Source: Macrostomum lignano
Lineage: Eukaryota
Assembly: GCA_002269645.1 (NCBI GenBank)
Contig: NIVC01002269.1
Location: forward strand, 1 to 64,000
DNA: 64,000 nucleotides
Direction of reading: 5' to 3'
Each line of letters opens with the position of its first letter. Position 1 is the stretch's first letter. Below are positions 25,004 to 37,375 of this stretch, piece by piece. A program made the position numbers and the translations under genes. The notes below the pieces were generated by a model that searched no databases, had not been told where the DNA came from, and saw only the letters and a program-made list of their open reading frames with translations.

Positions 25004-26910
25004 ACATGTATAAAAGACATATATAGGTAATAGTATCCTATCAATTGAAAAAAATTAAGCAAAAGCTTATTTTAGGCAAAAAATGATGTTTTCCACTAGC
25101 TAGTAGTACTAATGGTAGTCATAAAATATAATGAAAATTAGCAAATTTAGTTTTTATAAAGTTTTTATTATTTAGCTACTAATTAATAACCATATATAGA
25201 GTATAGTTAAAATAGCATGCGCTAGAAATTTTTTTGACGACAATATATCTACTATCTATGCCCTGTCTCTAATTATGATTGTGTAAATTGAAACAAACAA
25301 AAGAGCCCACTGGAACTATGTCTATGTTCAAAACTAATAATTCTTCATTCTAATACTAATAGAAGTCTAGAAGACTAATAAAACAGAACTCCAATAAACG
25401 AAAAATTAGGAAGTCTAACAAAGACAAATCAAGAAGTATATTATCCTTGCTTGTATGAGTTAAATGTTTCAGTAACATTGAATGCACATATGAACTATGC
25501 TGCTGCACTAAAAAGTAAAAAAGTTGCGATGTAAGGAAATTGAAAATGTGCATTGGCGCGTCAGAATTAATGAAGAATGAATAACAAAACAATACATAAA
25601 ATAAAACTTTAAACTAATGTATTAGAGACAGGGAAAAATTTTACAAATGGATTTCAGTATTTCAATTTGAAATAGCTGAGTATAGTAATTTGCCTTGTTA
25701 TCAATGTGATAAATGGCGGATTTGTCGGTAAAATACATGGTTTGTTGATATTTTATGTCATAAAGGGATAAAGCCACGTTTCGTGCGTGCTAAAAGATAG
25801 TAATTTCCTTAATTTTTAGTAGTCTTGATTTAGTCTTTCTAAAACAAAACTATAATAAAAAACTTAAGACGAAGAAATAGAAATATAGTTAATCTTTTTT
25901 TAGCCACAAAGCTTCAACATCTGTCCTTTATGCCCCTGAACCAAATATTTATCGTTAAAGAATTTGTATACAGTGACCCACCTTTCTGCTTCAATTTGAA
26001 GAGGTTTTACTAAAGCAGGAGGGGCACTCAAAAATGCATACATGTATATCTCTTGGAAAGTTTTGTAGGCGGTTGTTAACGAAAATATAAATGTACACTA
26101 AACGAGCGTAGAGATGCCAAGGACCACTTGCAGTATACAGTGGTCCTTGCGAGATTCATGCAGTAAAAATTCTAGAAAACACAAGTTTGATCGTTGCAGT
26201 AGTATCGAATCTAGCAATTCTTACCACATTACATATGTAAAAGTGTTGTTTGAACGACATACAGACCGCCTGTTCACTCATACATGTACGAGTATATGCA
26301 AATATATTCTTGCTTATCTCATATAAATGTACACCATTTTGCTATTTTTCGAGCTGTGCGAAATCGATCCAGCTTGCCAGCTTGAAGACAAGCAAATGTA
26401 GCTAATATTTTGCAAGAAATCCTAGCTTATAATGTAGTAAATTCCTTCCGTCACGGAATGCGATCTCAGATACATGTGGGTCCAACGCAATACACAAGTG
26501 GCTAGAGAAAGCTTAGGCTTATTTTAAATTCGTATACGAATTCGAGTTACAGATGGATAGCTAATAATGATGCGTGTGTGGTGTGCTTAATCAGATACAT
26601 GCTGCAGAGATTCATCGGACATATATGTGCACTTCAAGTGCACAAGATCGATATTGAATTGTCCGAGCTATTTTTTAGCTTGAATCTGCAAGCCCTACTA
26701 TGATTAACTAATCAATCAGTGGCCGGTTTCCACTTTCTACAGATGATCGAGTTCGAATTGAAGCGAGCCAGCCAGATCAACTACTGTACGGCATGACTGA
26801 ATCCATTAAAAAGCTATTCATATTTTGAGCAATCAACCTTGGTCTCCGGGGCGGAGCGAGCGCGTGCCTTCCGGTGAATCCTCGTTGGACCTGAACAATG
26901 GGGCCCGCAC

Positions 26911-27072
26911 CTGTGAAAGTAGGGCAGCAGGTGGGGGCTCAAATTCAATTTCCTGAGCGCGGGACCGTTCGGCTTTGACCAATTGCTGCTTCAGCGAAAG
27001 CATCACGAAATAGAAGAGAGCAGCCATGAGAAGAGAAACCCCTCCATATCCCTCTCGTGCAACTCTTGTCAT
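26911..27072 (-). CDS. Candidate first coding exon of a secreted or signal-anchored protein
   Basis: AAACT-ATG context; MTRVAREGYGGVSLLMAALFYFVMLSLKQQLVKA-ERSRAQEIEFEPPPAALLSQ ending at phase-0 donor CAG|GTGCGG. Downstream exons were not identified. Confidence 0.4.
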
Positions 27073-27433
27073 AGTTTTACCCTATCCTGACTGCCTCTGA
27101 TCCCAGTTTCTGATCTCAATCCATCAATTATCTCAAACGGTTGAGTGGCTTTCGTGTTCGATTCGCCGCTTTTGTTCTTCATCGTCGTCGATAAACAGCG
27201 AATCCCAGACATTTCCCTTCCCTCCTCTTTATCTGCCGGTCGGCCGAGAATCAAGAGAGGACCACTTCAGAAAGTATTGAATATTTTGATTGGATACAGT
27301 ATGAATGATAGCGGGCTATTTGTTCAATCAAAACTCTCGACTTTTTTTCTCATCTTACTAGATATGGAAAGTTAAGAAAACTCCGATCCAAATATTGGTT
27401 AAATATAATTTTAGCGGCATTACCGGTGTCACT

Positions 27434-28884
27434 AGGGCAATATTAGAGACAGCAGGGCACTATTAGAGACAGCAGGGCACAATTAGAAACAGCAGGGCAC
27501 TATTAGAGATAACAGGGCACTATTAGAGACAGCAGGGCACTATTAGAGACAACAGGGCACTATTAGAAACAGCAGGGCATTATTAGAGACAGCAGGGCAC
27601 AATTAGAAACAGCAGGGCACTATTAGAGATAACAGGGCACTATTAGAGACATCAGGGCACTATTAGAGACAACAGGGCACTATTAGAGACAGCAGGGCAC
27701 TATTAGAAACAGCAGGCACTATTAGAGATAACAGGGCACTTATTAGAGATAACAGGGCACTATTAGAGACAGCAGGGCACTATTAGAAACAACAGGGCAC
27801 TATTAGAGACAGCAGGGCACTATTAGAAACAGCAGGCACTATTAGAGATAACAGGGCACTTATTAGAGATAACAGGGCACTATTAGAGACATCAGGGCAC
27901 TATTAGAGACAACAGGGCACTATTAGAGACAGCAGGGCACTATTAGAAACAACAGGGCACTATTAGAGACAGCAGGGCACTATTAGAAACAGCAGGGCAC
28001 TATTAGAGACATCAGGGCACTATTAGAGACAGCAGGGCACTATTAGAGACAGCAGGGCACTATTAGAGACAACAGGGCACTATTAGAGATAACAGGGCAC
28101 TATTAGAGACAACAGGGCACTATTAGAGACAGCAGGGCACTATTAGAGATAACAGGGCACTATTAGAGACATCAGGGCACTATTAGAGACAGCAGGGCAC
28201 TATTAGAAACAACAGGGCACTATTAGAGACAGCAGGGCACTATTAGAAACAGCAGGGCACTATTAGAAACAACAGGGCACTATTAGAGACAGCAGGGCAC
28301 TATTAGAAACAACAGGGCACTATTAGAGACAGCAGGGCACTATTAGAAACAGCAGGGCACTATTAGAAACAACAGGGCACTATTAGAGACAGCAGGGCAC
28401 TATTAGAAACAGCAGGGCACTATTAGAAACAACAGGGCACTATTAGAGACAGCAGGGCACTATTAGAAACAGCAGGCACTATTAGAGACATCAGGGCACT
28501 ATTAGAGACATCAGGGCACTATTAGAGACATCAGGGCACTATTAGAAACAGCAGGGCACTATTAGAGACATCAGGGCACTATTAGAGACATCAGGGCACT
28601 ATTAGAAACAGCAGGGCACTATTAGAGACAGCAGGGCACTATTAGAAACAGCAGGGCACTATTAGAGACAACAGGGCACTATTAGAAACAGCAGGGCACT
28701 ATTAGAGACATCAGGGCACTATTAGAAACAGCAGGGCACTATTAGAGACAGCAGGGCACTATTAGAAACAGCAGGGCACTATTAGAGACATCAGGGCACT
28801 ATTAGAAACAGCAGGGCACTATTAGAGACATCAGGGCACTATTAGAGATAACAGGGCACTATTAGAAACAGCAGGGCACTATTA
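27434..28884. repeat. 20-bp minisatellite (~72 units)
   Basis: Unit AGGGCACTATTAGAGACAGC; a 120-bp block carrying the same indels is duplicated (about 27711 and 27831). Confidence 0.97.
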
Positions 28885-30224
28885 GTTGCGCTACCGAAGG
28901 CATGCTTTTTCTAAGAACAACTTAATATAATAAAATATTTTTAATTGAGACACTACATGGGTCACGACACCAACGCCCTTTCAGACAAATTTTCAGCTGC
29001 TTAAAATCCATGCTATTTCTACTTTTCGGCCAAGTTCGTGTTACTTTTTTCTCTGACGCCTTTCTTCTTTCACTTCCCGTTGCCACTGGCAACACACCGG
29101 CGTCATTGCATTGCATATCGACTTGCGCTCCACGCATATAGACTATCCAATTTGCCCACTCTTCCGGGTGGGGGGTTTTGTTGGCTCACTTGGGCCGATC
29201 AGAGACTGCACATGGGGAGAAAAGGTGCAGGACTTCAGACTGACGACGAGAAGACAGCGATGCAAATAAAGTGTCTCTGCAGTTTTTTGGTGGACCAGCA
29301 GGGCAATCATCCCCCCAATGGATTGGTCTAACTCATCGATTGAGTGCTGATCAAATTTAGCGTCGCAATTTATATAGCTTTTATTCTCTCGTGTTAGCTC
29401 AATGACTGTTTGCCCCGACAGGCAGCATAGCCCGAGACCAAGTGTATGCGAACGGATCAAACAATGAATGAATAAATGCTGATCGAGATACACAAGTCTT
29501 ACCGGGGGAGAGTGCCGCGATTACCATCCATCATCAGGCTCAGAATGCTCACTGTACTATAAAATTGGGATTATTGAATGCTGCATGGCTGCAATTGCAG
29601 GCGATCATGACTTTTTTGGGCACCGAAAACTGTTTCGGAGCTTCTCCTAACTTGCCTAACTTGTTTGCCTCCATTCTATAGCTGGCCAAAAAGCGAAAAT
29701 GGGAAGAGAGAGAGAGAGTTTAGAGTCAATCAAACAATGACTGCATTGTTTGTCCGGCTGTTAGAGCCATCATTTTAGGCGGGATGAGGCGTAAGAGAGA
29801 ATTGGAGGCTCAGTGGGGTGGGGTAATGGACTTTGTGCCACCGGGTGGAAGCAGATCTGAAAGACAGAATTAGCCAGGAAAAAAGTAACTAAAGCTGATG
29901 CCAAATTCGTCCTAAGATGAAAAGTGACTGTGAGGACAGAGCTATAGGCTGAAATCGAAGTAATGCCCGACATTAGGCTAGCAACTAACTGATCGAACTG
30001 CTGATATTATCGTCAAATTCCTCCCTGTTTTAAGCCATGGGCTTCAGCTCCCCCTGCCATATATGGTCAACGCATTTCCCGCTTGTGACAATTGATTTTT
30101 TGGAACGCCTCATTTGGCTGATGAAGCAAGGAAAGCATTGCTCAGGAATCTTTAGATCAGGAACTAACATAAACAAAAGGGAAGTTGTAAGAATCGGATG
30201 AAACTGTAGATTATTTATCGCAGG

Positions 30225-30615
30225 GAAGCAGCGGGATCACTGGGGAGCAGTGGGGAACACAGGGGAGCAGAGAGGATCACAGGGAAGCAGTGGGGATCAC
30301 AAGGGAGCAGTGGGGATCACAGGGGAGCAGAGAGGATCACAGGGAAGCAGTGGGGATCACAAGGGAGCAGTGGGGATCACAGGGGAGCCGTGGGGATCAC
30401 AGAGGAGCAGTGGGGATCACAGAGGAGTAGTGGGGATCACAGGGGAGCAGTGGGGATCACTGGGAGCAGTGGGGATCACAAGGGAGCAGTGGGGATCACA
30501 AGGGAGCAGTGGGGATCACAGGGGAGCCGTGGGGATCACAAGAGAGCAGTGGGGATCACAGGGAGCAGTAGGGATCACAAGGGAGCAGTGGGGGTCACTG
30601 GGGAGCAGTGGGGAT
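30225..30615. repeat. ~20-bp degenerate minisatellite
   Basis: Unit GGGAGCAGTGGGGATCACAA and variants. Confidence 0.9.
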
Positions 30616-31272
30616 CGTGTTTTACAGAAACCGAAGACCGTTGCGTTTGCTAAGGTCTTATAATTTTACGATCCAAGCAGGCAATATCCTTGCGATAAGA
30701 CGCTCGATCGCCACGAGCAGAAAACAAATTGTTGAACAAAAAAAGACTGGCGGATCTGCGACCCTTTGAGTGAGGCAGATTTTTGGCGAGGCCCTCGATG
30801 CAAGGATGAATTCGCTGCTGATTGGAAAGCAGTATTTAGCTAGCTGGTTACAGCAGGTTAAACAAATTCATTGAACCCCTGTTAACCCAGACACCAAGGT
30901 GAAACTTGATCGTATTGTAATAACAATTGATGCATGAATGCAGTTCGAGAAAACTCCCCGCTAAACACCCGGTTGCGATACAGATACGAGTTGAGATGGG
31001 GCCAGGGAGCATTAGAAAGAAAATCTGGAGTGGCGGCTAAATTTAATTGAACATGAATTTTTTTACAAATTTAACACTTTGGTGAGAATTAGTTCATTGG
31101 TGTAAGGGTGTTGTTAGAAAGCTGGCTCAGTAAGAGCTCCTTTGACAATCCAGATTTCTATTCGGTGTCCCTGGTTGGGAGGGGGACAAATTATGCCCCC
31201 ATTCAGGCAGCGAATCAGGCACTCAGGGACCCAGCGCCCACTCAGAGAGTCAAGCCAAGAGGCTGGACCAGC

Positions 31273-31279
31273 TATATAA
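31273..31279 (+). promoter_or_regulatory. TATA box of the neuropeptide gene
   Basis: TATATAA about 115 nt upstream of the signal-peptide ATG (31392), with no intervening ATG. Confidence 0.55.
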
Positions 31280-31391
31280 GGCCGAATTGGGACGCCAGGC
31301 TCGGATCCCGCCACTAGGGAGTCGAACCTTGTCTCTCTTAACCAGCCCGTTCTTGATAATCCGGCAAGCCTGAACACCGTTCTACACTGAG

Positions 31392-34300
31392 ATGAGGCAC
31401 TGCACACTGACACTGCTGCTGGCTGTGGTCGTGGGTGAGTCCTGGCAGGTGGTTAATTGTAACTATGCGTCATTCGCACGACATTCCCGCCTGAAGACTT
31501 GTTCGCCTGCGCGTGTTTTTTAAACCGGCTTAGAGGTTAGAACTCTGTTTTTGTCAATTTTCTTTCAGCCGCAACACTTTCCCTTGCCGTCTCATGGGGT
31601 CGCGAAATCTCCTCAATCACGCAGCGTTTGTCGAGCAGGAGAAGACGAATGCGAGAGAATCTCCTCTGACAGGTCTGCAAACGCGTGGCGGCGCTACCCA
31701 CCTCTCTTTCTCTCTCTCTCTCTCTCTATGCTCGATAATATCGAAGCAGAACAGTGACGAATTCTCTTATTATATCAATTAATATAGCTACGACGTCGAC
31801 TTATATATAACTGGATGGGCACACCCCAACGAAGAATAGTGCGGCTCGACTGATGGCCACTCAATTAGGAAAAGTTGCGCCTTTCAATTTCAAGCGACTC
31901 TTCATCTTTCGAATCTTTCGTCTTTTCTTCCTACTCCAGTCTTCAAGTCTTTGGCTGAACTTCCTGAAGCGCTTTTTTCGTCTCCGGAGGATCGGGCAAA
32001 GCGGTAGAATTGAGCGAATTTCGAGCAATGAGTTGAGAACTATTGAGCAAAACTGGGATAGAACGGAGAGCATAGACTAACAGGCCTTCATATTTCTAAT
32101 ACCCCGCGATATGGCTAATCTGCCGACAAGGTTTTTTATTGAATAGTTTGCAATTTTTCCCATCATCAGGCCAAAGTGTGTTTCACCAGCAGAAACCGAG
32201 TCGCACAGAGAGCATTTTTGCAATGCGTAGCGAATGACGGGCGGGCAAGGCCATGCGCACAGGCTTGGATCAACAGCGATTTGATTGATCACCTTGTCTA
32301 TAGGTTAGGCAGAGGAGCCAGCATGTTTGTCATAGATATTAGCCGGGGCACAGGACCCCGGGGGGGGGTCGATCCCGGGCCAATTCTGATAATAAAATGT
32401 CAACTTCCCGCATCCCGGAGTTCCGGGGATTCTCGAGAGGGAGCGTCGAATTTGTTTGAGCAAGAGCGAGTCTCGTATCTTTTGAGTGCAGATTAAACAG
32501 TTGCTGACCAGATCCGTGGCCCATTTTCCCCTAGCAACTAACGCAGTCCAACTGTCCACCTGCGGTACTTGCCCACGTCGAAGACAGTGGGACCAATCAC
32601 GGGAATTGACTTTCATCACATCATTAACTTCCTGTCGCAAAAACACACACACAGAACCTGCACGCTGGCTCATATATTGAATAGTATTTTCTTTAACCAT
32701 TAAGCAAACAATTTTTGGGCATCATTCTGAATACACAAAACTGCGACTGTTTCCGATCTGGGTGGGTAACCGATCCCAGCACGACGGAGTGCAAACTGCG
32801 CCTAATTAATGAGGAAATCAACCCTCCCGACCGCTACCTCTGCCTTCTCCCTCATCTCCCACTTCCTCCCATCATTCGTGTTTGAGTAGCAAATTTTTCT
32901 CCAACTAAAACTTTGCTAGTAGATAAAAAAACATTCGATAAAATATTCAAATTTTCTCTCTCTACATATTAAACGACTTTCTAGCTGCAAAAGTTTTAGT
33001 GTAAATTTATTCGAGAAAACGACCCAGAAACGGCCTGGATGGATCACGGACCAATTTTGTCTTGGATTAAACCGTAAATTTCAGGCTCAAAACGAAGCTG
33101 AGAAGAAATAATTAATTAATAATGCAAAACGTTCTTTCCAAACCTTCAGACATACATTATTGAAGTAGCGACTTGAATTAGAGCTCGGGGGGGGGGAGCA
33201 AGCACCGCAACCCGAGGCTGACATGTTCATCGAGCGTAAAATAGGTTCTGGAATGGGGACTTCAGCGGCTATATTTATGAGCGACGTCAGTTCATCAGAG
33301 TCCGGCATCCTATACTAGAGTTCATGCTAGGCAGAAAGCAGCTCCGCTTCTGCCACTCCGCTAGGTTAATTGACAACAAGAGCCCAGCGGAGTGGTTTGC
33401 AGGGCCGGTTACGGCTGCTTGGTTTTGAGCAAAAATCTCTGCAACTTCCGATTATTTGGGCCGGTGTGTGGGGGGGGGGGCGGGCGGGGGTTCAGCGCTA
33501 CTTAAGAGCCAGGTTTCAGGATGCGGGATGCGAAGCAAACTCACGGGGCGTGCCTAACCAGGCCATTGTGCCAGAATCGAGGGGGGGGGGTTGAAGTCAA
33601 CTTTCGCCTCGTTCATTCTTCGCCTATTCTATAGTCCAATAGTTCTTTTTAATTCACTAACAGCTGGCTGGCTCGCCGCACTTGTGTATTCACAAATCTG
33701 CAGCGGGGAGATAGATCGCCACTCTCAGCGGGACATTGTCAATGCTGGATGGGAAGCGGCGTGGCACCGGAGAGCAATAGAGATAGAATGGAATAGGTAG
33801 GAGAACAATCGGTTGCTATGGTGACTTGTGTGACAATTCATGGGAGCAGAAGCAGTCAGTACTAACACGTTCCATACAGCGCTAATCTCAGTTGATTGCA
33901 TGAATGCCTCAGGAGAGTCGAGTGCGCGATGATGATTAATCTATATGGCTGCGGAACAAGCTGCGTGGTAAATGAATTGAAAACTAGCCGCTAATTGGAT
34001 GATTGTTAATCCCGAACTGGATTCCCTTGCATCCCTCAGCCATCTGCATGATGAACGGCGCCACCGGCGAGGAAGTCAAAAAGCGCAGCTCCATCGACAA
34101 CCAGGAGATTGAGCAATTTGAGCCGGAACCCTTCGACGAGGAAACCGACGATGAGGACGACGTGGACAAGAGGGCGATGCGCCTCATGCGCTTGGGCAAG
34201 AAGCGCGCCATGCGTCTAATGCGTCTGGGCAAGCGCGACTGGGACGACGGCGCGGACGAAGAGAAGCGGGCGATGCGCCTCATGCGCCTGGGCAAGCGCG

Positions 34301-34725
34301 AGTGGGAGGAGGAAATGGACGAGGAGAAGCGCGCCATGCGCCTCATGCGTCTGGGCAAGCGTGACAACGACAAGCGCGCCATGCGCCTCATGCGCCTGGG
34401 CAAGCGTGACAACGACAAGCGCGCCATGCGCCTCATGCGCCTGGGCAAGCGTGACAACGACAAGCGCGCCATGCGTCTCATGCGTCTGGGCAAGCGTGAC
34501 AACGACAAGCGCGCCATGCGCCTCATGCGCCTGGGCAAGCGTGACAACGACAAGCGGGCCATGCGCCTCATGCGCCTGGGCAAGCGTGACAACGACAAGC
34601 GGGCCATGCGCCTCATGCGCCTGGGCAAGCGTGACAACGACAAGCGGGCCATGCGCCTCATGCGCCTGGGCAAGCGTGACGACATGGAAGAGAAGCGCGC
34701 CATGCGTCTCATGCGCCTTGGCTGA
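31392..34725 (+). CDS. npp-6: Myomodulin-like neuropeptide precursor, 242 aa, 12 x AMRLMRL-amide; exons 31392-31434 and 34040-34725
   Basis: Exon 1 MRHCTLTLLLAVVV(G|GTGAGT) joins phase 1 to CTCAG|CC-ATC, giving signal peptide MRHCTLTLLLAVVVAICMMNGATG. It is followed by acidic spacers and 12 copies of KR-AMRLMRL-G; the last ends G-stop. The symbol rests on recalled similarity to flatworm npp-6 AVRLMRL-amide. Confidence 0.93.
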
Positions 34726-35657
34726 GCTTTTTAACGTTACCTTTACTCTCCGCTTTCGATTTAACAGTCTCTCTATATTTGTCTCTCGTCCCGCCCGATA
34801 TACTAAACAAAGACTGACTGCTTGAAAATGGAAACCAGAATGCCCCAGCGCCACCGGAACCTCCTTGACTAGCGCTTGAGACTAGGCAATGGCAGGCAAA
34901 GAGCTCGAAAAAAAGAACAAGAGAACAAGCAGGCCACCAATGAGACTAAGCCCAGATTGACAAATAACCATGCTTCGATAATAATAAAACAGCGTTGCGA
35001 CCAAAAAATGCAACCATTTAAAAGATGATCTAATAGTTTGTTTTCGGTGATGATTCGTTAATTTTCAAGCAATTCAATGCAACTTTTGCTTTTATCAGTG
35101 ATTGGCCAATAAGAAATTCACTGCAAAGAGGGCGTCGTGCGTTCGTCGCGTTCTACTTCAGCTTATTTCTATCGTGCAAAGAAAGTTAACCTGCATCATC
35201 ATTAATCCTGCCTGCTGTCAGAGTCTTAAGAGAGTTGCGATGGCAGAACAAAAATACTTGCATCATAGGATAAGCAGTGAGGGAGCTAAGACTACACAAA
35301 GGCTCCATCACTCTTTGATTGGACTCACAGAAGAATTCCAGCGACGGCTGTACGCGGAGACTCAAAAACAAGCGTCGGAGGGTTAATTAAAGATTCAATT
35401 TTTTCAGTTAAAAGCGGCAGCAGTAGCGTGAAGATACGTCAAAGGAGGTTGGAATCAACACGACGCATTTTCCTCGTTAAAGAAAGCCGAAAGGGCCCGT
35501 GTAGCCGCTCCATTATCTCATTAGTCTTTAATCCTGACGCTTTCATTTCTTCATCTTGATTTCATGAAGAGACCGTTTTTTTCTCTGTGAACGTTATCCC
35601 TTTTCGTCTAATTGAATATCCCAATCACCTTCATGACCCCTTCATGCGCGAACACTA

Positions 35658-35920
35658 GGGGGTTGTAGCCTAAGTGGTCAGAGCGTCAGACTCACGACTT
35701 GAAGGTCGGGGGTTCGATTGCCGATCCCGCTGGAACAATCTGTGTCCTTGAGCAAGACACTTAACTCTGCATTGCTTCAGTTCACCCAGCTGTAAAATGG
35801 GTGCCAGCTGGGGTAATTGAAGGGGTTGTGCGTGGCGATCCCCAGTCCTTGGACTGAACAGCCGTACGCAGTCTTCAGATGCGCCACGCACATCTGCCCA
35901 GGTAGGGCAGGTATAAAAAA
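35658..35920 (+). mobile_element. tRNA-derived SINE with CORE-like central domain, copy 1
   Basis: A box TAGCCTAAGTGG, tRNA-Met-like arm GCGTCAGACTCACGACTTGAAGGTCG, B box GGTTCGATT, then 35741-35801 TGTGTCCTTGAGCAAGACACTTAAC...CTGTAAAATGGG. A second copy lies at ~51030-51340. Confidence 0.88.
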
Positions 35921-36744
35921 ATCCTACCGAAGTTCACAGGCCTTACAGTTTCCTGGAACCTGCGGCGTCGCTAAAAAATAATCCACCATCTACCAAATAA
36001 GCCTTCTACCGAATTCACCAATCTACCCAATGTATCTGTCATTTCTCTAAAAGTTAAGCTAAAAAACATCACCGAAAATTCACTCCCACAGAGTTGGACA
36101 AATTTCGTGCTTCGGATGCTCTGTCTGAGTAGCAGGATTAGTTTAACGCAGTTATACACCTGCTTCATCACGCGACTAGTCGGCATATAATCAAGGCTGC
36201 AAATAACTTTGTCGGTAACAGAAGCACTTACTAGGCTATAGCAAACACAGGGCACTGATACTAGGCATTGGTCTCGCTCTGCATGTAACTCGGCGGCAGG
36301 GTTAATTTGATTGCTTGCAGCATCGACAGCCCCACCATGGCCCTCAGAGCCTAATCTCTCGTTGGTTTATCCGTCGAAGACGCCACAGATTGGGGCTGTG
36401 CAGCGCCAGAGACTCATGAAAACAGCAGGAAGGGAGAAAAACTTTAATAACTTTGCATCAGGCGTCACATCTAATTCGGCCCAGGACGACATGGAATTAT
36501 GACTCTTTTATCGGGAGCAGCCGCCAGCTAGCTGGAAACTGGGCCAAGCAAAGGGAAGGCTCAATTACGAGGAACGGCTCGTAAAAGAGGCGCAAGAAAT
36601 GCCGAGCAATTCTTAAGCAAAACCGGTGGAGCTCAGTAAAATAATTGTGAGAACTATATTAGCTGCTCCTGAAAGTTCTCGATAAAATAGATAGATAAAT
36701 AAATATATCTAGATACGAGCCAAGATGTAGACTTGATAGATTGA

Positions 36745-36764
36745 TACAAGACGGATAGATAAAC

Positions 36765-36795
<31 letters not shown>

Positions 36796-36798
36796 TAA

Positions 36799-36829
<31 letters not shown>

Positions 36830-36830
36830 T

Positions 36831-36867
<37 letters not shown>

Positions 36868-36880
36868 TAGACAGACAGAC

Positions 36881-36931
<51 letters not shown>

Positions 36932-36945
36932 GAGACAGACAGAAA
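36745..36945. repeat. Compound (GATA)n/(GACA)n microsatellite
   Basis: Read directly from the sequence. Confidence 0.97.
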
Positions 36946-37375
36946 GATACTGAAGTAGATAACCAGACAAGGGCAGCAATACACACGGGATACTGGAGCA
37001 GAAGCTCAAGCTGAGTGTGGAACTGGGCCCTTAATATCCAGCTGGCATGCAAATAACCGAGCCGTTTCTCAAGAAGCGATCAGATGCGCTTCGATTCATG
37101 CGAGGCGGGCACGCAGAGCGTAGCAAAATGGAGACTCGGGAGAGACGGAGAAGCTAAAATAAGTTTCTACTACTTGAATCAAGAAGACAGACGATTGAGA
37201 AGAATGAGAATCTGAATGTTTATCAACGCATACAGCCAGTTGGCACAGTAATACAGGAAGCATTGCTTAAATATCTGGGAAACCATGAAAGGAACGCCAC
37301 CCTAGTTGTGAGAGGTGGGGTCAAATAGTATCGATAATAATGAAGTGACTTAAAAAATAGAATCTAATCTAATCC

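Noticed and set aside
26743-26830. Plus-strand acceptor TTCTACAG followed by short open frames (MIEFELKRASQINYCTA*)
   Set aside because: No partner exon and no recognisable homology.
29495-29540. CTTACC...GGGGAGA reminiscent of U1 snRNA
   Set aside because: No U1 loops or Sm site at the right spacing; it is the complement of a splice donor.
31300-31400. Minus-strand GGTTCGACTC B-box suggesting a tRNA or SINE
   Set aside because: No A box or cloverleaf; better explained as the 5' UTR of the neuropeptide gene.
33984-34854. Antisense and alternative-frame ORFs over the neuropeptide repeat
   Set aside because: Shadows of the 45-bp coding repeat; only the plus frame has a signal peptide, dibasic sites and amidation Gly.
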